Source: Chiloscyllium plagiosum (Eukaryota). Taken from it: a DNA stretch of 20,000 nt. Position 1 is the stretch's first letter, and each line of letters opens with the position of its first letter. Position numbers and translations under genes: made by a program. The notes below the pieces were generated by a model, which saw only the letters and a list, made by a program, of their open reading frames with translations, ran no database searches and was not told the origin of the DNA. Of the stretch, positions 1 through 12,263 are shown in pieces. Location of the stretch: positions 2,908,867 through 2,928,866 of the forward strand of contig NC_057750.1 in assembly GCF_004010195.1 (NCBI RefSeq). The letters run 5' to 3'.

Positions 1-513
1 ACATATTTATGACAAGAGGAAAAAAAAATTCTCGTCAACTCCGATCAAACAACTAGTTTAATCAGAGAGTGTCAAATTTAGACTCAGCTTTAGACACAGC
101 ACCCTAAAACCTGTGTATAGGTGTCCATAATACCCGAGGACTGGAGACTGCAGTCCTGAAAATGGCCGTTCCTCACAAGTAGTTTTAGAAAGCTATTTGA
201 CTATGGAGAGCATCGCCAAACTAGTGCTCAGCCAACATCTTCTGATTCTTTTCATAGGGCGCTGACGTTAAGTGTTCAATACTTGATTAGTATAACTCAG
301 CCAATAGAAAAGGTCAAATCTGGGTGCTCTTGATTTGTTCAGCTTACTGCTGTGGTTGTGTGCTGCACTTTTGTTTTTACAGAAGCACAGCTGACTTATT
401 CCACTGTGTCAATATGAAACAAGCAAGTTTAATTTTCTGTGAAAAGGCATTTAGTTGGTTATATTAATATGAATGCCAAATTCAATTGTAAACGACGTAC
501 TGACTCTCCGTCA

Positions 514-801
<288 letters not shown>

Positions 802-809
802 TCACAACT

Positions 810-925
810 GGGTCACTGGACCTGAAACAGTGACTCTGCTTTCACTCCAGATTTGCTGAGGTTCTCCAGCAACTTCTGCTTTTGTTTCAGGTTTCCAGCA
901 TTTGCAGCTCTTGGTTTTTTTTTGG
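810..925 (+). mobile_element. Short 3'-terminal fragment of a Penelope-like repeat
   Basis: gggtcactggacctgaaac...ttctccagcaacttctgcttttgtttcaggtttccagcatttgcag resembles the 3' end at 8050-8120 and the reverse complement of 17820-17915. Confidence 0.65.
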
Positions 926-1534
926 TTTAGCGTACAACTCAGAGACTCTGCTTTCAAACCTGAATCAAGTTGCAAGCGACCCTGTTAGGGTGATTCCTTT
1001 CTAGTGAAAAAGTCAATGTAATTTTGGTGTATCCTCTAACATTTCAGATCAGATTATTTCAGGATGGACTACAGCCCCTTAAAACCTCATGTTTATATTC
1101 AAACCCTCCCACTTGCCCCATTCTCACTCTCATTCAGATATGTTTACTCCCATGACACCATGATACCAGTGAGTTTGATCCTGTGCTGACCTATCAGCAA
1201 TGTGTAGTAATATCCCACTGTGGGTTACTGGGCATCAAGCAAATCCAGGACATATTGAATGCAACCTTATTATCAAGTGCAGGGAGAGCTGTTAACCTGG
1301 GGCTGATGCTGGCGGAGTTCACAGGACAGGTCAAGTCTAGGGACCTGTGCATTTACTCATTAAGCCACAGGGAGACAGGAGCACATACAGAGCCAATCGT
1401 GAGACGCCTACATGGTGACCGGCTACCCTCTTCCCTATGAACGAGAGCAAAAGTTGCTTATCACCAGGCAAACAGAAAAGATTGTAGTATTGGATTAATT
1501 AGTTTCTCATCCTAAAACAATCAAATTAGCAAAT

Positions 1535-2139
1535 GTTATAGGATGTCATTTTGAGGTTGTACAGGACATTGGTGAGGCCTCTCCAGGAATAGTGTGTCCA
1601 GTTCTGGTCTCCCTATGATAGGAAGGATATCATTAAGCAGGAGAGGGTTCAGAAGAGATTAACCAGGCTGTTGCAAGGAATGGAAGGTTTAGTTATAAAG
1701 GAGAGGTTGGATAGGCTGGGACCCTTTTTCACTAGTGCATAGAAGATTAAGAGATAAACTTATAGAGGTCTATAAAGTCAGGAAGGGTGCAGATATGTTG
1801 AGTGGTCGGTGTCTTTTCCCTAGGATAGGGAATTTCAAGACTATGGAGCATATTTGTAAGGCTGGATGAGAAAGATTTATAAAAGACATGACGGTAATTT
1901 TTTGTTTTTACAGAGTGGTTCATGAGTGGAATGAACTTCCAGAGGAAGTGGTGGATGTGGATACAGTTACAACACTGAAAAGATATTTAGACAAGTATAT
2001 GAAAAGGAAAGGTCTGGAGGAAATAAGGGCCAAGCACAGGCCAGTAGGACCAGTTTGGTTTGGGATTATGGTTGGCATGAACTGGTTGGACTGAATGGTC
2101 TGCTTCTGTGCTCTGTGACTCTAGGACTTCGTGACTATA
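1535..2139 (+). mobile_element. CR1-clade LINE, 5'-truncated 3' fragment (decayed ORF2 C-terminus and 3' UTR)
   Basis: Remnants of LRLYRTLVRP.LE.CVQFWSP and RVV..WNELPEEVV. It ends in a degenerate (ctatgact)-like tail and is homologous to 10630-11040 and 15100-15450. Confidence 0.9.
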
Positions 2140-3035
2140 AACCAAAAGAAGAATTTTGTGCTAGCTTTCACAACAGGACAATTCACGAGAAATACCAACG
2201 TAAAGGGAAAACCACATTTATACCGTGAGTATTTTTACACGCACAAAAAACTTTGACAAGATGTGTTTATTTCATTATTATTCAATTCTATATGAAAAAA
2301 AAACAATTTGTAAACAAAAAAAAGCTTTAACTTTGTCTCTCTAATTTCAGACAAGACAGATTTAAAATCTTGCTTCTGGGAAAAATCAAGTTCAATTTTG
2401 CCCTATGCAGTGCCTTTTGCAGCCACAAAGGGGCATCCAAACCCTACAAGATGAGAATTATTTCAGTCACTATGATTATATACGTTCTTTTCATGACTGG
2501 ATTTATTGAAGTTCACCAATACCATTTTTACTCCACAATTGAAGGGTATGATCACAGCCCAATTGAACAGAACATCTACAAATGAGCAAGAAACAGTTTT
2601 AGGGTGGAAATTCCTTTTTTTTTGACAACCAGTGGTTTTCATGGATCTGCGTCCTGTTCCATCTGACTGCTGGCAGTCAGTCTTTCTAGGTTTGCTGAGG
2701 ACTTTGGAGACAGAAACTGTGCCTTATGGACAAGGTGGAGATTTTATTTCTTACTGTGACGTTTCCAAATGGCAGTCCCTAGCACCATCCATTCACCAAA
2801 AATGCTCCCCAAGATATGAGGAAGTCAGTCAGTCAGCCAGCCAGCCAGTGTAAGCAGGAGACCACGAGCTCACTGCATTAGGACAAGGGAGAGTGAATGA
2901 GTGAGAAGGGGAAAAACAGGTGAAGGGCTTAGGGCAGGTGAAGGTAAATGAAGTAACAGAGCACATTTCAGAGAAGGAAAGCAATTGAACAGATGAGGAC
3001 TGGGGATTTCAGCACCTACAATAATTAATTTCATA

Positions 3036-3815
3036 ATGTTTGTGGATGTAGGTTTGCTCGCTGAGCAGGAAGGTTTATTTCCAGACGTTCCATTACCCAC
3101 CAGGTAACGTCTTCAGTGGGCCTCAGATGAAGCAATGCTGAAAATTCCTGCTTTCTATGTTTGGATTGCTTTGGGTTAGTGATGTCATTTCCTGTGTTGT
3201 TATTTCCTGTGGTGAAGTCATTTCCTGTTCTTTTTCTCAGGGGGTGGTAGACGGAGTCTAACCCGACGTGATTGTTGAGAGAGTTCCGGTTGGAATGCCA
3301 TGCTTCTAGGAATTTTCGTGCATGTCTTTGTTTGGCTTGTCCCAGTTGAAGTGGTGTCCTTCCTTATCCGTATGTAAGGATACTAGTGAGAGAGGGTCAT
3401 GTCTTTTAGTGGCTAGTTTTCTGCCCATTTGTCCACCTTAGTGTTTGTTACAGTCCTTGCATGGTATTTTGTAAATGACATTAGTTTTATTCATTCTCTG
3501 TAAAAGGTCTTTCAAGTTCATTAGCTGCTGCTTTAGTGTGTTGGTGGGTTTGTGGGCTACCATGATGCCAAGGGGTCCGAGTTGCCTGGCAGTCATTTCC
3601 GAGATGTCTTTGATGTGGGGGAGAGTGGCTAGGGTTTCTGGACGTGTTTTGTCTGCTTGTTTGGGTTTGTTGCTGAGAAATTGGTGGACTGTGTTCATTG
3701 GTTACCCATTCTTTTTGAATACACTGTATAGATGATTTTCCTCTGCTCTGCACAGTTCCTCTGTGCTGCAGTGTGTGTTGGCTCGTTGAAATAATGTTCT
3801 GATGCAGCTCCGTTT
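3036..3815 (-). mobile_element. Penelope-like element, left arm (RT-EN linker, GIY-YIG endonuclease, 3' pseudo-LTR)
   Basis: Minus-strand translation includes ...LPHIKDISEMTARQL...VAHKPTNTLKQQLMNLKD...NVIYKIPCKDCNKH. Positions 3036-3470 are the reverse complement of 3820-4305. Confidence 0.9.
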
Positions 3816-3817
3816 GC

Positions 3818-4337
3818 GAATACCGTGCAAGAACTGTAACAAACACTACACTGGACAAACAGACAGAAAACTAGCCACCAGAATACATGAACACCAACTA
3901 GCCACAAAAAGACATGACCCTCTCTCACTAGTATCCTTACATACAGATAAGGAAGGACACCACTTCGACTGGGACAACACATCCACCCTAGGACAAGCCA
4001 AACAAAGACACGCACGAAAATTCCTAGAAGCATGGCATTCCAACTGGAACTCTATCAACAAACACATTGAATTAGACCCCATCTACTGCCCCTGGAGAAA
4101 AGGAACAGGAAGTGACTTCACCACAGGAAATAACACCACCATAGGAAATGACATCACTAACCAAAAGAAACCCAAACATATAAATAGAAAGCAGGAATTT
4201 TCAGCATTGCTTCGCCTGAGGCCCACTGAAGACATTAGCCAGTAGGGTAATGGAACATCTGGAAATGAACCTTCCAGCTCAGCGATCAAACCTACATCCA
4301 AAACCTCAACCTGAGCTACAAATCTTCTCAAAACTCG
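3818..4337 (+). mobile_element. Penelope-like element, right arm (GIY-YIG endonuclease plus 3' pseudo-LTR)
   Basis: IPCKNCNKHYTGQTDRKLATRIHEH...HHFDWDN..LGQ...RKFLEAWHS...IN matches the PLE GIY-YIG domain: CxxC, YIGQT-like motif, catalytic R and E. Confidence 0.92.
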
Positions 4338-4348
4338 TTAATTTCATA

Positions 4349-4852
4349 CAGTTACAGAAATGTACAGCATGCAAACAGACTTTTAGTCCAACTTATCCAA
4401 ATCGACCAGATATCCTAAATTTTTAGTCCCATTTGTTATCGTCTAAACCCATCCTATTCATATACCCATCCAGATGACTTTTAAATGCTGTAATTGTACC
4501 AGCATCCATCACTTCGTTTGGCAGCTCATTCCACATATGCATCACCCTTTGCCTGAAAAAGATGCCCATTAGGTCCCTTTTATATCTTCCCCTCTCACCT
4601 GAAAGTTATACCCCTAGTTTTGGACTCCCCTACCCTGGGAGAAATATTTTGACTATTTATCCTATCGACGCCCCTTGTGATTTTATAAACCTCTATAAAG
4701 CCACCCCTCAATCTCCATGCTCCAAGGAAACCAACAACAGCCTATCCAGCCTATCCCTATAACTCAAACGTTTCAACCCTGGCAACATTCTTGTAAATCG
4801 TTTCTGCATCCTTTCAAGTTTAACAATATCTTTCCTACAGCAGAGAGACCAG
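4349..4852 (-). mobile_element. CR1-clade LINE 3' fragment
   Basis: The reverse complement matches the CR1 3' copies at 1600-2130 and 10700-11040 (cttgaaaggatgcagaaacgatttacaagaatgttgccaggg; tttatagaggtttataaaatc; tggaatgagctgcc). Confidence 0.88.
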
Positions 4853-5337
4853 ACATGAAGTCATAATTTCTGTAGCAAGGTCTCTATAAAGGAGAAGAAG
4901 CAGAGTAACCCCCATTGGTAAAGTGCCTATGTAGATTATATGTGGAGATTGGGGCCATCTTCACAATTAAAGGGGGTTCGTAGACCCAATAATTCAGCTC
5001 CTTCATAAAGGTGTCCAGTTGGGCGAGTTCCCAGTGTCCTTACCAATGTACCCCTCTTTCCACAAGCATTTTATCAGGGTGGGGCTGGGGGCAAAACATC
5101 ATGCAATGCCGTGAGGGATAAATGACTGGTTGCTTAATTCAAAAACAATAATGTGACTGTTGATCCATATCCCAAACTTTAAATGTTCAATCGTATGTAT
5201 TTTGCATTGGATAAGCACAGCCTAAAGACTATTCTTACCAGGAATAATGCAGATAGATAGGGGGATTCCCAATCGTAGTTTAAATAGTAAAAAGATGCCA
5301 TTTTCTATTCCATCTGTTTTCCCAGCCTTGTCCTTCA

Positions 5338-5505
<168 letters not shown>

Positions 5506-5635
5506 TCAACATTTGTCAGGTTGATTAATGCCAGTAACCTTAAGGAGAAAGATACTCCAAGACAATTTTAATTCTTTGTTACAATAACAAGATAAAGAGA
5601 CATTTATAAAAGGCTTTGCTGCTGCCAAAACTGAA

Positions 5636-5712
5636 GTGGCTCTTGTGGCTCTGTGGTATGGTCCCACCTCTGGGCCAGGAGATGAGAGTTCAAATCCCAC
5701 CTGCTCCAGAGG
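5636..5712 (+). mobile_element. tRNA-derived SINE head (Pol III A/B boxes)
   Basis: A-box-like tggctctgtgg and B-box-like gagttcaaatcc. Related reverse-oriented copies lie at 12880-13057. Confidence 0.55.
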
Positions 5713-6367
5713 TGGGATTAGAAAAAGCAACCAAAATGGGGGTGCATGTTTAAGTGGAAAAGGCTAAAATTTTATGACAAGGAGAACACATCATAATTGT
5801 CCAAAATTGAACTCAGGAGCGAAATGCATTTTCAAACTAAATGTAATCATTTTAGATTAAAATTTCCACTTTGCTGTGCGCCCTTCAGCTGTTCAGTGTA
5901 CATTTTTAAGTACATCTTCACAAATCTGTGTTGCACATTATTCCTGGATTGCAGTAACCATGTATAGGCATATGATTTAAGAACAAATTCTTCAGAATGT
6001 AGGAACCTTTTCTCCTCCACAGAATTGCAGGTCTCAGAGGCTGATGTCTGGCCTATTCTAACTCTTTTTCAATGGATGGCTCTGGTCAACAGTTTGCCTT
6101 TGCCTCACTGCTCTCTGGACCAGCTCAGCTGAAACCAGCCAACTTAATGCACACATCACTACAGCACCAGCTTGTAACTGTGTGTGGGGTGATTCCCACC
6201 CCGCCATCTCCATCATACACCAACCCTCTTCAGAGCTGTCGCCCTCACTCCTGCAAAGCAATCAGGAGCTGTTTGCAGAAGTGATCAGAGAAGGGAGTCA
6301 CAGTTGCACAGCAATTGCCATTTCACACATTTATGTGCCACTGCAGACGCTGATCAGTCTTGCATTA

Positions 6368-6586
<219 letters not shown>

Positions 6587-7284
6587 TCACACAGACAGCT
6601 CAGTTATAATCTAAAGAGGCAATCTCCCTCACCAAAATTTATTGCTCATAAAACATTTTATAGCCAGATCGCCGTGCTATCCTCAATCTGTTATGGGACA
6701 GCCACGCTCGCATCTCGGTTTCAGTCAGACTGCGGCAGCCTTTTACATCAGATAGGTTTTTTCAAACTCAAGTTCCAAAACACATGAAATATATTGGAAT
6801 GTAAGTTGCTTATTATTAATAACCACTGTACAGGAATGTAAGTCCAAGCATCAGAGACTACAGTTGCAAAGTGTCTCATGGCATAGGACAGGCAAGTGTT
6901 CAAACCTGACCTCCAATTTGCAAAAGGGAACTCAGCAAATCTGGTCCTTGGGGTCAGAAGATTCCAGTCTAAGTGAAGGGGTTTAAACACACTACACAGA
7001 AACAATATGTAGCCCGAACAGTCAACAGTAATGCTACACACAAGCCTCACCCCCTTCTCTACTTCACCTGCCTTTGTATATTTAACTAGAACTTAAATAT
7101 ATTTATGCCACTGAACTTACTGCCATAGGGATAAGTTCCAGGTTCTAACCACTCTGAATATGGATGCTTTCCCTGAATTCCTTATTCTTAATATCTTCTG
7201 GAGGTGGCCTAGCAAGTTGTTCAATTGCTTAATAAAAAACCCAAGGCACCAATACTCCAGGCCTGTAATAAACAAACATAGACA

Positions 7285-7388
7285 CACGTGGACTGCAGCA
7301 ATGCATTGTCATCTTCTTATCAGCGTTTGGAAACTAGGCAATAAAATAGTGGCGTTGCCAGTAATGCACACATCCTGTGCATGAAGTA
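7285..7388 (+). mobile_element. Decayed LINE/SINE 3' tail (L2/CR1 group)
   Basis: ggactgcagc...ggcaataaaatagtggcgttgccagtaatgcacacatcctgtgcatgaa is similar to 14990-15075 and to the reverse complement of 8996-9045. Confidence 0.5.
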
Positions 7389-7699
7389 TTTTCAAAAATA
7401 TTACGGTCATGATGGCAGGCACTCAGGGCCATTGCAAACATTCATCAGTAACCTTCAAGCACAACTTGTGTTGAGGAGCTTCTGCTTTGCAAGTCAATGC
7501 TACAACTGCGATTAGGCTATGTGCAGCCAGACCTACTCTGGTATCAGTAATGGCTTTTGCAAGTAAACACCAGACTTGGCATAAGTGTATTTATCATCCT
7601 GAAATTCCAAAGTGACTGCAAAATAAATGCTCAGCGCGGCTCCAATTCTTCTGTACTCCATTTAGCTTTCCTTAAAAACTCAACTCAAGAGTTTAAATT

Positions 7700-8124
7700 C
7701 CCACAGGGATGGCTCCTTCTTACACAGCTGGAGGAACGCCTCATATTCCTCCTTGGGACCCTGCAACCAATTGGGATAAGTGTGGATTTCAACAGCTTCC
7801 TCATTCCCTCCTCCCCCCACATTATCCCAGTCCCAAGCCTTCAACTCAGCACCACCCTCTGGACCTGTCCATCACTCCCCCCTCTGACCTGTCAGCTTCT
7901 CCCTTACCTTCATCCACCTATCGCTTTCTCAGCTACCTTTACCCCAAACGCTACCCCCTCCCATTTATCTCTCAGCCCCAGCCCACAAGCCTCATTCCTG
8001 AAGAAGGGCTTATGCCCGAAATGTCGATTCTCCTGTTCCTCGGTTGCTGCCTGACCTGCTGTGCTTTTCCAGCACCACACTCTCGACTCTGATCTCCAGC
8101 ATCTGCAGTCCTCACTTTCTCCTG
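7700..8124 (+). mobile_element. Penelope-like element 3' fragment (second family): endonuclease C-terminus, pyrimidine-rich UTR, hammerhead-like motif
   Basis: LEERLIFLLGTLQPIGISVDF resembles the E...I..L.TL.P.GLN end of PLE GIY-YIG domains. Positions 7993-8075 are nearly identical to 11594-11677. Confidence 0.8.
7994..8029 (+). ncRNA. Minimal type-I hammerhead ribozyme-like motif (PLE-derived; stems I and III imperfect)
   Basis: CTGAAGA(7998-8004)-A-GGGC-TTAT-GCCC-GAAA(8018-8021)-TG-TC. Confidence 0.6.
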
Positions 8125-8754
8125 GTTTCTCTTGTGCCAATGCAGTCCCAGAGCTGGACCCCAAGAGGATGCTCATTAATGCCTGAGCACCACATCCTCA
8201 TTATCCACTGTAAGATCAGACCAAGTTCACAATGGAGCCTAACAGAATTAACATGGATCCACTTTACATAACCAGGTTATATGGAGGCCACGTCATTTGA
8301 CGGTGGGATATTATTTTGCCAAGCCATGATTCCGATCATTTCAGGAGAAATCCTCTGCTCCACTGCCTTGAGGTCAGCCAGTAAATATAACAGGCAACAG
8401 AAATGGTCCAGGTTCAATTAAGGTCCACACTGCCTCAAAAGGAGACTTTCATAAGGAGTGCTCCCAGCATATTTAGGTTGGGGCAGCATGCTAGACAGAG
8501 CAAATCAATTGCAATTCCCTTTCCCGGTCAGAATCTGGTGGTCCCTGCACCAGAAACTGCATGGGGATTTAGCAAGGTGGTGACTCTCCCATAGTCGAAT
8601 AACCCACAAATTCTAATCATGGAGGCTCACAAATTACGATTTCAATGAAGCTTTAGTTCTCATCCAGTCCTCAACCTGTCTCACCAACACTGACAGGAGA
8701 ACACTGAGCCAGGGGATACTAGCAACAGGGGAGTTGGAACTGACTGACTGGTAT

Positions 8755-9780
8755 GAAACAGGTTTGTGGTTAGTTACATTTTCAGGCCAGAGGAAGATTT
8801 AATGTGGAATCCTCCAGGGGTCAGTGTTGGGACCTTTACTTTTGTTGATATACATTAATGGCCTAGACTTTGGTGTATACAACACAATTTCAAAAGATGC
8901 AGAAGATATAAAACTTAGAAGCAATGTGAGTTGAGAGAAAGATACCGTAGAACTTCAAAAGCATGGAGACAAGGTTGTGGAATGGCGATTTTTTAAATTC
9001 ATTCATGGATGTGGCTATCACTGGCTAGGCCAGCATTTATTGCTCAGCTGTAATTACGCAGACAGCAGGCCACATGTAGGCCTGACCAGGTAAGGATGGC
9101 AGTTTCCTTCCCTAAAGGACATTAGTGAACCAGACGGGTTTTTCAAACAAACAATCAACACTAGATTCATGGTCATCATTAGACTCTTAATTCTAGATCT
9201 TGATTGAATTCAAATTCCATCATCTTCTGTTGCAGGATCCAAACCTGGATCCCCAGAGCATTACTTGGGTCGGTGGTTTAACAGTATAGTGATACCATGA
9301 GACCACTGCCTCCCTTTGAAGTGGCAGATGAAGTTTAATTCAGAGAAATGAGGGGTGATTCATCTTTATAGGAAGAACATGCAAGGACAAGAAGAAACAA
9401 AGGAGCATCTCTAAAAGGGGGCACAGGAACAAAGGGATCTGGGTTTGGACATTCAGGGATCATTGAAGGTGAAAGGACAGGTTGAGAGAGCAGTTAATAA
9501 AGTGTACAATATTCTAGACTATATTAAAAGGGTACAAAGACAAGGCAATCATGTTGTACTTATGGAAGACAATTATTTGGCTTCAGCTGGAATATCACAT
9601 CCATTTCTCGGTGCTGCACTTTGGGAAGGATGTGAAGGCATTAGAAAAGGTGGAGACAAGATTCACAAGAATGATTTCAAGCATGGGGAACCTCAGTTAA
9701 GAGAGGGCAGAACTGTTTTTCTTGAAGAGAAGTCATTTAAGGTATGAATAGAGTAGATCAGGAAAAACAGTTCCCACTCA
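8755..9780 (+). mobile_element. Old CR1-clade LINE RT fragment, interrupted by a SINE at about 8987-9314
   Basis: Decayed [17 protein letters not shown]...(F)A.D.KL. It continues after the SINE with agtggcagatgaagtttaat, collinear with the younger copy at 10165-10800. Confidence 0.8.
8987..9314 (-). mobile_element. tRNA-derived SINE with central conserved domain and LINE-derived tail
   Basis: Minus strand begins gggaggcagtggtctcatgg (A box) and has ggtttggatcc (B-box-like). The core is ctggttcactaatgtcctttagggaaggaaactgccatccttacctgg and the tail is gcaataaatgctggcctagccagt...tgaatgaat. Confidence 0.75.
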
Positions 9781-10102
9781 GAGCCTCTACAGTGTGGAAC
9801 TAAGCCATTCAGCTCATTGAGCCCACCTAGACCTGTCTGCCCTCCTCTCTCCCTGTAACTGCATTTCCCATGGTTAATCCACCGAGCTTGCACATCCCTG
9901 GACACTACAAGCAATTTCCTATGGCCAATCCACCTTAACCTGCACATCTTTGGACTGTGGGAGGAAACCGGAGCACTCAGAGGAAACCTACGCAGACACG
10001 GGGAGAATGTGCAAACTCCATACAGACAGTCGCCAAGAGTGGAATCGAACCTGGATCCCAGGCACTGTTAGGCAGCAGTGCTAACCACTGAGCCATTGTG
10101 CC
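9781..10102 (-). mobile_element. V-SINE (shark HE1-like), nearly full length
   Basis: A box TGGCTCAGTGG and B box GGTTCGATTCC. V-domain tggagtttgcacattctccccgtgtctgcgtaggtttcctctgagtgctccggtttcctcccacagtccaaagatgtgcagg, followed by a CR1-like 3' tail. Confidence 0.9.
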
Positions 10103-10152
10103 ATTTTCCTCAAGAAAGGATCAAGAACAAGATTTAAAGCAAAAGACTCAAA

Positions 10153-11043
10153 GGTGGAAGACAGAGGGTGGTGGTGGAGGGTTGTTTTTCAGACTGGAGG
10201 CCTGTGACCAATGGAGTGCCACAAGGATCGGTGCTGGGCCCTCTACTTTTCATCATTTACATAAATGATTTGGATGGGAGCATAAGAGATACAGTTAGTA
10301 AGTTTGCTGATGACACCAAAATTGGAGGTGTAGTGGACAGCAAAGAAGGTTACCTCAGATTATAATGGGATCTTGATCAGATGGGCCAAAGGGCTGAGAA
10401 GTGACAGATGGAGTTTAATTTAGATGAATATGAGGTACTGCATTTTGGGAAAGCAAATCTTAGCAGGACTTATGCACTTAATGGTAAGGTCCTGGGGAGT
10501 GTTGCTGAACAAAGAGACCTTGGAGTGCAGGTTCATAGCTCCTTGAAAATAGAGTCGGAGGTAGATAGGATAGTGAAGGCGGCGTTTGGTATGCTCTCCT
10601 TTATTGGTCAGGGCATTGAGCACAGGAGTTTGGAGGTCATGTTGCATATGTGGAGGGCATTGGTTAGGCCACTGTTGGAATATTGTGTGCAATTCTGGTC
10701 TCCTTCCTATCGGAAAGATGTTGTCAAACTTGAAAGGGTTCAGAAAAGATTTACAAGGATGTTGCCAGGGTTGGAGGATTTGAGCTACAGGGAGAGGTTG
10801 AACAAGCTGGTGCTGTTTTCCCTGGAGCATCGTAGGCTGAGGGGTGACCTTATAGAGGTTTATAAAATCATGCGTGGCATTTCCCTGAGGTGGGGGAGTC
10901 CAGAACGAGAGGGCATAGGTTTAGGGTGAGAGGGGAAAGATATAAAAGAGACCTAAGGGGCAACTTTTTCACTCAGAGTCGTATGTGTATGGAATGACGA
11001 AGTGGTGGAGGCTGGTACAATTGCATCATTTAAAAGGCATCTG
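10153..11043 (+). mobile_element. Younger CR1-clade LINE ORF2 fragment (reverse transcriptase C-terminal half), inactivated
   Basis: [21 protein letters not shown]...KFADDTKI, then LVRPLLEYCVQFWSP..KLERVQKRFTRM..RRLRGDLIEVYKI. There are in-frame stops at 10363-10365 and about 10402, and a frameshifting deletion near 10878. Confidence 0.95.
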
Positions 11044-11142
11044 ACAATCATCTGATGAAGGAGCGTTGCTCCGAAAGCTAGTGTGCTTCCAATTAAACCT
11101 GTTGGACTATAACCTGGTGTTGTGTGATTTTTAACTTTGTAC
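11044..11142 (+). mobile_element. Penelope-like pseudo-LTR fragment (third family)
   Basis: The CR1 sequence ends abruptly at 11043. A hammerhead motif follows, then cttccaattaaacctgttggactataacctggtgttgtgtgatttttaactttgtac. Confidence 0.7.
11049..11083 (+). ncRNA. Minimal type-I hammerhead ribozyme motif, best preserved copy
   Basis: CAT-CTGATGA(11052-11058)-A-GGAGC-GTT-GCTCC-GAAA(11073-11076)-GC-TA^-GTG. The core is intact, with a 5-bp stem II, palindromic AGCT at stem III, NUH = CUA, and stem I CAT/GTG. Confidence 0.72.
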
Positions 11143-11183
11143 TTAATCACTGATCAAGTTTTTTTTTAATATCACTTTTACTT

Positions 11184-12263
<1,080 letters not shown>

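Noticed and set aside
4108..4157. Three short repeats (aggaa.tgac..cac) resembling an array
   Set aside because: Internal tandem motif of the PLE 3' region, mirrored at 3180-3230. It is not a CRISPR array.
3802..4245. 147-aa GIY-YIG ORF as a standalone nuclease gene
   Set aside because: It is a 5'-truncated PLE arm. The ATG comes from the antisense left arm, and the N-terminal half of the GIY-YIG motif is missing.
10030..10102. Possible tRNA gene
   Set aside because: The A and B boxes continue directly into a V-SINE body, so this is a SINE head.
10168..10929. Reverse transcriptase ORFs as a retron, DGR or domesticated gene
   Set aside because: Ordinary CR1 ORF2 debris with stops, a frameshift and several local paralogous fragments. 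The context is a vertebrate intron.
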